Source of the DNA: an uncultured Aureibaculum sp. | GTDB lineage: Bacteria; Bacteroidota; Bacteroidia; Flavobacteriales; Flavobacteriaceae | Direction of reading: 5' to 3' | DNA: 64,000 nt | Assembly: GCA_963976855.1 (NCBI GenBank) | Contig: CAXBMA010000008.1 | Span: forward strand, 1,911 to 65,910 | Shown: piece by piece, positions 9,583-19,221 of the stretch | How the letters are laid out: each line of letters opens with the position of its first letter | How positions within the stretch are numbered: the first letter of the stretch is position 1 | Program-made: the position numbers and the translations under genes | Notes under the pieces: model-generated | The model's database searches: none | What the model saw: the letters and a program-made list of their open reading frames with translations, nothing else | What the model was told of the DNA's origin: nothing

Positions 9583-11064
9583 TTAATTTGCCCACCAAAC
9601 GTTTACGGTTGGCTCTTGTTCGTAATTTGAAATATTCGGGTTCGAATTTCTTTCAGATGAAGGGTAAATAGCTCTTCTAAACCAAAGGCCATCATATTCA
9701 TCAACAGTATCATCTAGATTTAATCGAATAGCAAGTCCTTTAAACACATCCGAAGAAAAATTATATCTTCTAAAATCAGTATAGGTTTCAGGGTTCAAGA
9801 TATTGGCAATATACTTTTCCTTCATAATGTGGTTTAACATTAAACTAGCCTCACCAACGTCAACTGAACCATCCGCTAAATAATCGGTACCATCAACTCC
9901 TATTTGACTAATACTGGCAGCAATGCCCGTCATGTAAGCATTATAGGCTTCGGTGTTAGAACCCACACTAGTAGAAGTACCACTGTTTGCCAAGAAAGCC
10001 GCTTCCGCTTTAATAAACATAGCTTCGGCATATGTTACTAGGATTAACGGTGATGTATTGGTAGTATAATAACCACCATCTTTAAAATAAGTATTTAGTG
10101 GTTCACCATCCGAAGAATCTCCATCCCCACCATTCATACCACCTCTCCATGGGTCTCCAATATTTCCTTCATTGACATAGATTTCTGGTAATCTTGGGTC
10201 AATTTCAACTCCACTTTGAAATGGATATGTTGTTCCATTCATCATACTAATGAGTTGATCGTTTGGAGCAATAAAATAATTACCAGTTGCTCTTGTTAAT
10301 ACAGCACTTTGATACCAAGGGTTTAACTCGTTATCTGGATAAACCATCATAAAATTATCATCATTTGAAGTAAAGCCATTCGCAATACTCGTAAGCACTT
10401 CGTTAGGAGTTGTAATTCCTTTTTGAACCAAATGAAGTTGATATCGTGCTTTAAGTGTATAAGCTGCTCTAAGCCATTTATCAAAATCTCCGCCATAGAT
10501 TAAATCTTCATTGCCCATGGAAATGAAAGAGTTGTCTGGAGCCTCAAGAGCTTGTATCGCTTGATCTAATAGTGAGAATACAGCACTATAAATCTGTTCT
10601 TGTGATTCAAATAGAGGGTGTGGAAACTCAGTTGTGTTTCCCGCCTGAGAATAAGGGATTTCATCCCACATATCTGTAGCTAAAGCTATGTTAATTGCTT
10701 CAACAATTGACGCAACTGCACCATAATGTAATGCTCCTTTTTGATCTGCTTTATCTTTAATTATTTTAAGATTTGGCAATACTCTTAAATAAATACTACT
10801 CCAAGTAGCTGACATTTCAGATTTTCCAGCTGAGGTATACCCATAGCCCCCTAAATATTGACTATAATTACTTGCAACAGTCGAAGCATAATATTGGGCC
10901 AGCGATGTATTATACAATACCGGACCCATTAGGTCTTTCATATCTAGTTGATCTAACGGTACAGAATCAACAGGAGTATTCACATCGAAATACTCATCGC
11001 TACATCCTGTAAAGCTGATTGCAACTATTATTAATAAATATATTTTTATTATTTTTTTCATCAT
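9583..11064 (-). CDS. SusD/RagB family nutrient-binding outer membrane lipoprotein
   Basis: Lipobox FTG-C followed by acidic SDE; TDMWDEIPYSQA, HIMKEKYIA, DFRR, VWW C-terminus; directly downstream of a susC-like gene. Confidence 0.9.
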   Translation of the reverse strand: MMKKIIKIYLLIIVAISFTGCSDEYFDVNTPVDSVPLDQLDMKDLMGPVLYNTSLAQYYASTVASNYSQYLGGYGYTSAGKSEMSATWSSIYLRVLPNLKIIKDKADQKGALHYGAVASIVEAINIALATDMWDEIPYSQAGNTTEFPHPLFESQEQIYSAVFSLLDQAIQALEAPDNSFISMGNEDLIYGGDFDKWLRAAYTLKARYQLHLVQKGITTPNEVLTSIANGFTSNDDNFMMVYPDNELNPWYQSAVLTRATGNYFIAPNDQLISMMNGTTYPFQSGVEIDPRLPEIYVNEGNIGDPWRGGMNGGDGDSSDGEPLNTYFKDGGYYTTNTSPLILVTYAEAMFIKAEAAFLANSGTSTSVGSNTEAYNAYMTGIAASISQIGVDGTDYLADGSVDVGEASLMLNHIMKEKYIANILNPETYTDFRRYNFSSDVFKGLAIRLNLDDTVDEYDGLWFRRAIYPSSERNSNPNISNYEQEPTVNVWWAN

Positions 11065-11075
11065 TTCAAAAGTTT

Positions 11076-14000
11076 TTAAAATCCAAGTTGAATACCAATA
11101 CTATAATTCTGAGACAAAGGAATTCCTTGTCCAGAGAAGCCATAAATACCGCTACCAGCTGAAAAAGTACTACCTTCTGGGTCGTATCCGTCGTAAGGTG
11201 TCCATAATAAAATATTATTGGCACTTGCATTAAGTAAAAAAGTGTTAATTTTAAGTTTCTTCAACACTTTTCCTGTTAAATCATAAGATATTCCTATGTT
11301 ACGTAATTTTATCCATGAAGCATCTTGTAATATATTTTCAGCTGCTCCTGTATATCTTGACCAACTTCTATAATAACCTTCATCTAGGTTGACTTGCTGT
11401 GTGTTTGGAATATATGATCCAGGACTACTAGGGTCTTCCATTACACCATCGAATACGTAATCGCCAGTTCTGATTCTATTTACAGTTGCAATACTAGTAC
11501 CTCCTCTTAACATTTGACGTCTCGCCCAGCTATATTTATCTCCACCTTTTTTCCATTCAAATAAGAAATTGAAGCCTAAATCTTTCCACTTTAAGTTCAT
11601 GCCTAATGAAGATATGAAATCTGGAAGGGCATTACCAACAACTACATAGCCTTCATCGCGGTCTAAGGTAGGATAACCATTACTGTCGAGAAAAAGTTCA
11701 CCATCTACGTAAGTCAAATTATACCCATACATAGTTCCCATTTCATCACCTTCTTTAACACGAGCAAAAATTTCAGGACCACCGTCACCATAGTAATTAA
11801 TATTATCAATATCATCTGGTAAGTCAACAACTTTCCCTTTATTGGTAGAAAAATTATAAATTAACTCAAGCGAAGTGTTCTCAGTTTTAATAACCTTGGC
11901 ACTTATTAAGAGCTCATGTCCCCAAGTTTTATAATCACCAGCATTCGTTACAATTGTAGATAAGCTCGTTGAATACGGAACAGACGTTCTAAAAATCTGG
12001 TCATTTACATTTGAGGTATAGTATGCATAATCAATACGAAATCTATTTTTAAAGAACCTTAAATCAGCACCAAACTCTATAGACTTTGAAAGTTCAGGGA
12101 CCATATTTAAATCACCAGCTAATGATGATGTGGCATAACCACCTACACCTCCAAAAGGAAATCCACCTGCGGGATAAATAAATTGCCCAACTTCACCATA
12201 GCCAGGACCATTTCCTACTTCAGCATAAGAAGCTCTTATTTTTCCAAATGATAACACATTACTTTCACTCGCAAAATCTTGACTGAATACGTATGAAGCA
12301 CTTAATGATGGATAAAAGAATGAACGATTTTCTTTAGGTAAAGTAGAAAGCCAATCGTTTCTTCCTGTAATTGACAAGAAAAGTTTATCATCATATTCTA
12401 ATTTTAATTCGCCAAACACACCAACAGTTCTTTGATGGTTTATGCTGTTTGAATTATCCCTATCCGTTGTATTACTAATATGGTTAAAAAAGGGTAGGTT
12501 AAAATTTTGTCCATACATTCTATTGTAAATACGTTCCTTATCTAGTATTTGGTTACCAAGCATTAATGTGGATGTGAACTTTTCAGAAAAATCCCTGGTA
12601 AATGTTGCTATTAGGTTAGACTCTAAACCTGTGAAGTTAATATTTTCATTAACTATAAAACCATTGACTTGAGTTCCAGAATCCAAATCAGCCGTTACAA
12701 AACGATTTCTCTGATCAGAATAATTGTCAATTTGGGCCTTATAATTTAAATTTATCCACTCTTTAGGAGACCAATTTAAATTTACATTTCCTGTCCATCT
12801 ATTTACCTTATCATTCAAAGCACTTCTTTCTGCGTAATATCGAGGATTGTCAATAATACCATTAGAGAAATCTCTTTCAGAACCGTCGGCATTTTGATAG
12901 TCATTCACAGGGAAACTCCAAACAAAATAAGCCAATGAACTCATTACAGACTTATCGCCTCCATTGGCTCTTTTACCGCCTGAATTGGAATAAGATACCG
13001 ATGAATTCAATTTAAGATTATCTGTAATTTGATAACCCCCGCTTAATCTAGCATTTATTTTTTCGTAATTTGAATTTGGAATTATACTCGTTTCATTTTG
13101 ATTACCTAAAGATAGATAATAATCCATTTTTTCAGTAGCTCCCGCAATACTAAGATTGATATCTGTATTAACTCCAGTATTTAATAAATCCATAGGGTCA
13201 TAAAATTTATCATTTGATAAATCTACGACTGTGCCATCACCAAGGGTATAACTATCGGCAGCCAATTCTGGACCCCAATTGTAAAAAACCGTTCCACCTA
13301 ATCTGGTAAACCCAGTTTCGGTTTCTGGTGTATATAACTGTCTTGGTGCACCAGAAAACCCTTCACGATATATTTTTTGATATTCGGGAGATTTAACTAC
13401 ATTTCTAAAAGTAGTTGAAGTAGATAATTTTATTTGAGCCTCCCCTTGTTTTCCTTTTTTAGAAGTTATAAGTATAACACCATTAGCAGCTTCAACACCA
13501 TATAAAGCTGTTGCAGCTCCTCCTTTTAATACACTTACAGATTGAATATCGTTTGGGTTAATGTCTCCTGCACGACTTGTAAAACCAAATTGGTCATAGC
13601 TTCCAGGAGAATTTGATCCCGCTGAAGGTAAAATATTTCCCGAAAAAGTATCATTGTTAAGAACGATACCATCTAATACAATAAGTGGTTGATTATTTCT
13701 CCCAGGAGCAATTGAAGTAATACCCCGAATTGAAATATCAGCACCGGCACCGGCACCACCTGAGTTTTGATTTATTTGTAAACCAGCAACTTGACCTTGC
13801 AATGCATTGATACCATTCATTTGACCTGACAAATTCAAATCATCCGCATTTACCTGCGTTACAGAATATCCTAAAGACTTCTGTTTTTTCTCGACACCAA
13901 ATGCCGTAATTACCACCTCATCTAAAGCCGCCGCATCTTCTTCTAGACTTACATTTAAGGTGCTGTCTGTAACTGCAAGCTCTTTTGTCTTATATCCTAT

Positions 14001-14225
14001 AAAAGAAAATATAAGTACATCGCCTTGTGTTGCTGTGATTTGATAATTTCCATCAAAATCAGTTGAGGTTCCGTTGTTAGTTCCTTTTACTTGAATGTTT
14101 ACACTCGGTATACCAATACCTGAGATGTCACTTACTTTACCACTTACTGTGATGCTTTGTGCATGAAGTAAGCTGAAGGACAGTGTAAAGATAAGAAGAA
14201 AAGAAAACGTAATTTTTTTTCTCAT
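11076..14225 (-). CDS. SusC/RagA family TonB-linked outer membrane transporter
   Basis: Signal peptide, N-terminal extension domain, LDEVVITAFG, DINPNDIQSVSVLKGGAATALYG..AANGVILITSKKG, C-terminal Phe. Confidence 0.95.
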   Translation of the reverse strand: MRKKITFSFLLIFTLSFSLLHAQSITVSGKVSDISGIGIPSVNIQVKGTNNGTSTDFDGNYQITATQGDVLIFSFIGYKTKELAVTDSTLNVSLEEDAAALDEVVITAFGVEKKQKSLGYSVTQVNADDLNLSGQMNGINALQGQVAGLQINQNSGGAGAGADISIRGITSIAPGRNNQPLIVLDGIVLNNDTFSGNILPSAGSNSPGSYDQFGFTSRAGDINPNDIQSVSVLKGGAATALYGVEAANGVILITSKKGKQGEAQIKLSTSTTFRNVVKSPEYQKIYREGFSGAPRQLYTPETETGFTRLGGTVFYNWGPELAADSYTLGDGTVVDLSNDKFYDPMDLLNTGVNTDINLSIAGATEKMDYYLSLGNQNETSIIPNSNYEKINARLSGGYQITDNLKLNSSVSYSNSGGKRANGGDKSVMSSLAYFVWSFPVNDYQNADGSERDFSNGIIDNPRYYAERSALNDKVNRWTGNVNLNWSPKEWINLNYKAQIDNYSDQRNRFVTADLDSGTQVNGFIVNENINFTGLESNLIATFTRDFSEKFTSTLMLGNQILDKERIYNRMYGQNFNLPFFNHISNTTDRDNSNSINHQRTVGVFGELKLEYDDKLFLSITGRNDWLSTLPKENRSFFYPSLSASYVFSQDFASESNVLSFGKIRASYAEVGNGPGYGEVGQFIYPAGGFPFGGVGGYATSSLAGDLNMVPELSKSIEFGADLRFFKNRFRIDYAYYTSNVNDQIFRTSVPYSTSLSTIVTNAGDYKTWGHELLISAKVIKTENTSLELIYNFSTNKGKVVDLPDDIDNINYYGDGGPEIFARVKEGDEMGTMYGYNLTYVDGELFLDSNGYPTLDRDEGYVVVGNALPDFISSLGMNLKWKDLGFNFLFEWKKGGDKYSWARRQMLRGGTSIATVNRIRTGDYVFDGVMEDPSSPGSYIPNTQQVNLDEGYYRSWSRYTGAAENILQDASWIKLRNIGISYDLTGKVLKKLKINTFLLNASANNILLWTPYDGYDPEGSTFSAGSGIYGFSGQGIPLSQNYSIGIQLGF

Positions 14226-14269
14226 GTCTATAATAATTTAAATTAGTTAAGTAAAGTTATAGAAAAATA

Positions 14270-14345
14270 TGCGACTAAATGCATGAGTTTGCAATATTTC
14301 TATTATAAATAGGGATTTTTTTGCATTTTTGTAATTGTTTATGCA
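14270..14345. promoter_or_regulatory. Candidate operator: helically phased TGC(A) boxes between divergent susC and deoR
   Basis: TGC at 14270, 14280 and 14290 (exact 10-bp period); TGCA at 14322 and 14342. Confidence 0.4.
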
Positions 14346-14368
14346 ATTTTTCATAAAATTTATTTATC

Positions 14369-15118
14369 ATGTTAAAGCAGGAAAGGCATCAGTTTATATT
14401 GAACGAATTAAAACAGTATAGAAAAGTGCTTTCAACGGGCTTAAGTACTCAATTAAGTGTTTCTGAAGACACCATACGGAGAGATTTAAAAGAACTTGAT
14501 GTTAAAAAACTCTTGTATAAAGTACATGGAGGTGCATTGTCAATAGATAAAAAACTACTTTCTTATAATGAACGAAGTATATCCGATTTAGGTAAGAAGG
14601 AAATCATTGCCTTCAAAGCGGTAGATTTAATTCGTGATGGTCAGGTGATTATTATGAGTGGTAGTACTACAAATTTAGCTTTGGCAAAAATTATTCCAAG
14701 CTCAATAACAGCTACAGTTTTTACTTATAGTTTGCCAATTGCCATAGAACTTTCAAACCACCCCACTATTGAGGTTATTTTTATTGGTGGTAAATTGAAT
14801 AAAACAGCACAAGTAACAGTAGGGATAGATGTGGTCAATACCATCTCAAATATTAGAGCTGATTTGTGCTTTATGGGTACTGGAGGAATCAGCGTAAAAC
14901 AAGGTGTGACAGAACCCGATTGGGAGGTTGCACATATAAAAAAATGCATGGTTGACGTTTCTGACTATGTAGTTTCTATGTGCGTGAGCCCGAAATTAAT
15001 GGAAGTAAAGAAATTCTTTGTAGTCCCAATACAAGGAATAGATGCTATAATTACAGACCTTGAGCCCACTGAACCGATTTTTGATATTTACAAGGAAACG
15101 GGATTAACAGTTATTTAA
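14369..15118 (+). CDS. DeoR/GlpR family transcriptional regulator
   Basis: N-terminal HTH ERHQFIL..VSEDTIRRDL..KVHGGA; C-terminal sugar-phosphate sensor domain. Confidence 0.93.
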   Translation: MLKQERHQFILNELKQYRKVLSTGLSTQLSVSEDTIRRDLKELDVKKLLYKVHGGALSIDKKLLSYNERSISDLGKKEIIAFKAVDLIRDGQVIIMSGSTTNLALAKIIPSSITATVFTYSLPIAIELSNHPTIEVIFIGGKLNKTAQVTVGIDVVNTISNIRADLCFMGTGGISVKQGVTEPDWEVAHIKKCMVDVSDYVVSMCVSPKLMEVKKFFVVPIQGIDAIITDLEPTEPIFDIYKETGLTVI

Positions 15119-15137
15119 TTCTAATCAGAATAGGTGA

Positions 15138-16034
15138 TTATTCGTTGGTCAAACTTCGAAACAAACTTTCTAAATCTTGATTTTTTTGTTGTGACTGCAG
15201 TAGCTTGAGTCCGTTATCATGTGCAAAATCAAAAATAATTGGGCGCATGTCTTTTGCTGTATTAAAGCGGAGTTGCCACATATTGTCGTATAAATTAACA
15301 GCTGCTTTAAGTTGAGGTAGTTCTTTTAATAATCGCTCCTCAACACGAAGATCAAACTCAACTTCAACCAATTGTTCTGAACTGTTTTTTAAATCTGATA
15401 ATTTTTTATCGATTACCAGTTCACCTTTATTAATAATAATTACCCGATCACAAACAGCCTCTACTTCTTGCATAATATGTGTAGAAAACAACACTGTTTT
15501 GGTCTTGCCAATTTCTCTAATCAGACTTCTAATTTCAACTAATTGATTAGGGTCGAGTCCGGTAGTGGGCTCATCTAAAATCAGCACCTCTGGATCGTGT
15601 AATAAGGCTACTGCTAAACCAACACGTTGCCGATACCCTTTAGAAAGTTGTTCTATTTTTTTATGAACTTCTGGCGTTAAACCTACTTGTTCAATAACCT
15701 CTGATACTCTTGCGCTATGAATCTTGTGTATCGACGCGTTAAACTGAATATACTCCTTTACATACATGTCTAAATATAAAGGATTGTGTTCAGGTAAATA
15801 ACCTACAGATCGTTTTACTGACATTGGATCAATTGCAACATTATGTCCATTTATACTAACAAGACCTTCGGTTTGAGCAATGTACGATGTAATAATTTTC
15901 ATCATTGTAGACTTACCAGCCCCATTAGGACCTAAAAAACCAACTATTTCACCAGAATCTATAGTAAAGCTTATGTTATTTAAGGCCTTTTGCTCACCAT
16001 ATAATTTTGAAACATTTACAACAGAAATTGACAT
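15138..16034 (-). CDS. gldA: Gliding-motility ABC transporter ATP-binding subunit
   Basis: MSISVVNVSKLYGEQKAL, GPNGAGKST, VGYLPEHNPLY, LSKGYRQRVG; length and C-terminus typical of flavobacterial GldA. Confidence 0.88.
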   Translation of the reverse strand: MSISVVNVSKLYGEQKALNNISFTIDSGEIVGFLGPNGAGKSTMMKIITSYIAQTEGLVSINGHNVAIDPMSVKRSVGYLPEHNPLYLDMYVKEYIQFNASIHKIHSARVSEVIEQVGLTPEVHKKIEQLSKGYRQRVGLAVALLHDPEVLILDEPTTGLDPNQLVEIRSLIREIGKTKTVLFSTHIMQEVEAVCDRVIIINKGELVIDKKLSDLKNSSEQLVEVEFDLRVEERLLKELPQLKAAVNLYDNMWQLRFNTAKDMRPIIFDFAHDNGLKLLQSQQKNQDLESLFRSLTNE

Positions 16035-16123
16035 AATCTTATTTTAAACACAAAGAAATAAATCTTTAGCTAATTTAACTACATTTGAGTTAATATTTTT
16101 TGATAGAGCAATAAAACATCCAA

Positions 16124-16990
16124 ATGCGTACAAACTTAACAAGGTTACTAAGATTTATACCTATATATGTACTTCTTATTATATTTAATACTGCTTGTGT
16201 TTCCTTTAGGGAAAGTGATAGAAAGGTAATTAGAGAGTTTAAAAAAACCGCTATAAAACCGGAAATATATCGTGAAAATTTTCAAGGTAAAACAATAAGA
16301 TATATTAGTTCAAAACCTATAGATAACAGGTTGCCAACCTTACTTTTTATCCATGGAGCCCCTGGTTCAGCAGGCAACTATTTTGAGTATTTGAAAGATA
16401 AAGATTTGAGTCAAAAAGCAAACTTAATTGCGTTAGATCGGTTGGGTTATGGATATTCTGATTTTGGGAATGCAGAAACATCAATAGAAAAACAAGCTGA
16501 AAGCATATACACCATTGCAGTCAAACATAATCTCAATACCATAATTTTAATTGGATGGTCTTATGGAGTGCCTATCGCTGCAAAAATGGCTTATAAATAC
16601 CCTGAAGTTAAACATAGTGTTTTGATCGCTGGTGCCATTTCCCCCGAGGATGAAAAGTTCTTTGGAATTGCAAAATTGGCACGGTGGAAACTCACCAAAT
16701 GGATGGTGCCTAAATCATTGCGAATTGCAGATAAAGAAAAAAGAACCCATGTAGAAGAGTTAACGGATATGCTTTCTGATTGGAATAAAATTAAAACACC
16801 AATAACCTACTATCACGGTACTAAAGATAAATTGGTGCCTTATGAAAACATGGCTTTTATTACTTCAAAGGTAAATGATAGTTTATTAAAAGCTGTAACT
16901 ATAAAAGGAGCTAACCACTTTATTTTATTTAAAAATTATGATATCGTAAAAAAAGAATTGTTAGAAGTTCTAAATTCATTAAAAAATTAG
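16124..16990 (+). CDS. Alpha/beta fold hydrolase (probable lipoprotein)
   Basis: FIHGAPG, GWSYG nucleophile elbow, HGTKD, NH; lipobox NTA-C. Confidence 0.85.
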   Translation: MRTNLTRLLRFIPIYVLLIIFNTACVSFRESDRKVIREFKKTAIKPEIYRENFQGKTIRYISSKPIDNRLPTLLFIHGAPGSAGNYFEYLKDKDLSQKANLIALDRLGYGYSDFGNAETSIEKQAESIYTIAVKHNLNTIILIGWSYGVPIAAKMAYKYPEVKHSVLIAGAISPEDEKFFGIAKLARWKLTKWMVPKSLRIADKEKRTHVEELTDMLSDWNKIKTPITYYHGTKDKLVPYENMAFITSKVNDSLLKAVTIKGANHFILFKNYDIVKKELLEVLNSLKN

Positions 16991-16996
16991 ATCCTA

Positions 16997-17024
16997 TATT
17001 TTTAAGAATCTGTTCTTAAAAATA
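16997..17024 (+). terminator. AT-rich hairpin after the hydrolase, possible terminator
   Basis: TATTTTTAAGAA-tctg-TTCTTAAAAATA perfect 12-bp inverted repeat; weak because AT-rich. Confidence 0.4.
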
Positions 17025-17227
17025 GTTGGGTTTCTTTTGAAATATTTTCTACTCCTACTTATAGGTGCACGACTTATATTACAACTATTTTATGTTGAAT
17101 ACTTTAGACGTCTAACTTTCATTAGTGCTTTTTCTTTGAAATGTTAAAATTCCAATTTGTTTTCTTTCTGAGCATAAAAAAATTATATTTGTAGTAACGC
17201 TAAACATAATAATTACTTCTAAACTGC

Positions 17228-18073
17228 ATGAATATAGCCATACAAGGGATACAAGGGTCTTTTCACCACTTGGTAGCTTCTAATTATTTTGGTGATAACA
17301 ATACATTTACTGAGTGTATGTCTTTTGATGAAATACCTGAGCTATTGCGAAATGGTTCAGTAGATGCTGCTGTTATGGCCGTGGAAAATTCAAACACAGG
17401 ATCTATTTTAGCCAATTACGGATTGATAGACAAATATGACCTAAACATACAAGGTGAAGTCTATATGCCTATGTTACATAATGTTATGGCGCTTAAGGGG
17501 CAAGAAATAACTGACATAAAAGAAATCTGGTCACACCCAATTGCAATTCAACATTGCGAACGCTTTTTTAGAACCTATCCTCACATAAAAATTATGGAAG
17601 AGAAGGATACTGCCTTTGTAGCAAAACAAATCAAAGAAAAGAAATTGAAAGGAGTGGCTGCAATCGCAAGTAAAAAAGCAGCTGAAATATACAAGTTGAA
17701 GATTCTTGAAGAGCAAATCCAAACAGACACTCTTAATATGACTCGCTACTTTATTTTAACAAAGAATAGAGATTTTGAGGCAGATATACATCGCAATAAT
17801 AAGACTTCATTAAAATTTACCGCGCAGGATGAAATAGGAAGCCTGGCAAAAATTTTGACAATCTGTGCCGAGTATCATTTAAATGTATCGAAAATTCAGT
17901 CAATGCCAATTGCAAATGAACCTTGGAATTATGCTTTTTTTATTGATTTTATCTATGACGATTATTTAAACTACTGCAATGCCTTATTAATTCTAGAAAA
18001 AGAAGTGGATAGCTTGAAAATTTTGGGTGAATATTCAGAAAACAAACCCTCAGCAAAAAAATTGATTGCGTAA
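17228..18073 (+). CDS. pheA: Prephenate dehydratase, paralog 1 (PDT + ACT domain)
   Basis: IAIQGIQGSFH, VENS, WSHP, NMTRYF, GSL, IQSMP, EPWNYAFFID. Confidence 0.9.
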   Translation: MNIAIQGIQGSFHHLVASNYFGDNNTFTECMSFDEIPELLRNGSVDAAVMAVENSNTGSILANYGLIDKYDLNIQGEVYMPMLHNVMALKGQEITDIKEIWSHPIAIQHCERFFRTYPHIKIMEEKDTAFVAKQIKEKKLKGVAAIASKKAAEIYKLKILEEQIQTDTLNMTRYFILTKNRDFEADIHRNNKTSLKFTAQDEIGSLAKILTICAEYHLNVSKIQSMPIANEPWNYAFFIDFIYDDYLNYCNALLILEKEVDSLKILGEYSENKPSAKKLIA

Positions 18074-18170
18074 TAAGGATTGATTTTTAACCGAATTAAT
18101 TAGAATCTATACCAATAGAACGCTTAATTATTAGGAAAATCACAAAAAACAAGGCAAAACATTAAAAAAA

Positions 18171-18201
18171 TTTGTTTTTAAAAGTTTAATTTATAGATTT
18201 G
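18171..18201 (+). promoter_or_regulatory. Bacteroidota promoter of the aromatic operon leader
   Basis: TTTG at 18171-18174 and TAGATTTG at 18194-18201 with a 19-nt spacer, matching the -33/-7 consensus. Confidence 0.8.
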
Positions 18202-18219
18202 CTGCATAATTACACGTAG

Positions 18220-18303
18220 ATGAAATTAACAAATACTTGGCAAGCTTATTTTTACTTCTTTTATTTTTATAAGATGAGGCGAGGCTTTGTAGGTATTATG
18301 TAG
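18220..18303 (+). CDS. Attenuator leader peptide, 27 aa: MKLTNTWQAYFYFFYFYKMRRGFVGIM
   Basis: Manual translation; 8 consecutive Tyr/Phe codons (4 each) plus a Trp codon, located between the promoter and a terminator upstream of pheA-tyrA-DAHPS. Confidence 0.85.
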   Translation: MKLTNTWQAYFYFFYFYKMRRGFVGIM

Positions 18304-18330
18304 ATATAAAAATCAATAATATAATCAACT

Positions 18331-18359
18331 AAAGTCTCGATAATCGAGGCTTTTTTTTT
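18331..18359 (+). terminator. Attenuator intrinsic terminator
   Basis: AAAGTCTCGA-taa-TCGAGGCTTT (10 bp, one G-U) within a T9 run ending 10 nt before the pheA start. Confidence 0.88.
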
Positions 18360-18369
18360 GTTCGTTATT

Positions 18370-19221
18370 ATGAGTAGCATAAAAAAGAAAATAGCAATTC
18401 AAGGAATCAAAGGGTCATTTCATCATCAAGTGGCTCATCTTTACTTTGGTGATGCAATTGAATTGAATGAATGTCTGTCTTTTGTAGAAATACCAGAGTT
18501 GATTAACACCAATCAAGTTGATGCTGCGGTAATGGCTATAGAAAATTCTTTAGCGGGTGCTATTTTACCAAACTATGCACTGATTGATGAATATAATTTA
18601 AAAATTCAAGGCGAAGTTCATTTACCCATTCACCACCATTTAATGGGGTTAGAAGGACAAACCTTAGAAGATATTAAAGAGGTGTGGTCGCACCCTATGG
18701 CACTTTTACAATGTAGAACGTTTTTTAGGTTGCATCCACAGATAAAATTAGTGGAAGAGTCTGATACCGCAGAAGTTGCCCAAAGAATTCAGAACCAACA
18801 ACTTAGAGGAGTCGCAGCCATTGCAAGTAAAAAGGCCGCTGAAATTTATCGGCTCCATATTATTGAAAGTGAAATACAAACGCGCAAAGAAAACTTTACA
18901 CGTTTTTTTATTCTAAAAAAACAGAATGGGAGATTGGATCCTCCGAAAAACGTGAATAAGGCGTCCTTAAAATTTATAACCAAACATCAAACGGGAAGTT
19001 TAACAGATGTACTCAATGTTTTTGCCAGTTTAAATATGGGCTTGACTAAAATTCAATCGTTACCAATTATTGATGAACCTTGGAATTACGCATTTTTTGT
19101 GGATATTATTTTTGATGATTATCTGATATTTCAACAAGCAATAAATAAGATTCAAGAAAAGTCGAGTAGTTTAAAAATTTTAGGAGTATACCAACAAAGT
19201 AAACGCAATTATGATCTCTAA
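18370..19221 (+). CDS. pheA: Prephenate dehydratase, paralog 2 (PDT + ACT domain); first gene of the attenuated operon
   Basis: IAIQGIKGSFH, IENS, WSHP, NFTRFF, GSL, IQSLP; ATG at 18370 preferred over the TTG at 18358. Confidence 0.92.
   Translation: MSSIKKKIAIQGIKGSFHHQVAHLYFGDAIELNECLSFVEIPELINTNQVDAAVMAIENSLAGAILPNYALIDEYNLKIQGEVHLPIHHHLMGLEGQTLEDIKEVWSHPMALLQCRTFFRLHPQIKLVEESDTAEVAQRIQNQQLRGVAAIASKKAAEIYRLHIIESEIQTRKENFTRFFILKKQNGRLDPPKNVNKASLKFITKHQTGSLTDVLNVFASLNMGLTKIQSLPIIDEPWNYAFFVDIIFDDYLIFQQAINKIQEKSSSLKILGVYQQSKRNYDL

Noticed and set aside
17192-17227. A second attenuator upstream of pheA paralog 1
   Set aside because: No start codon, aromatic codon run or terminator between its -7 element and its ATG
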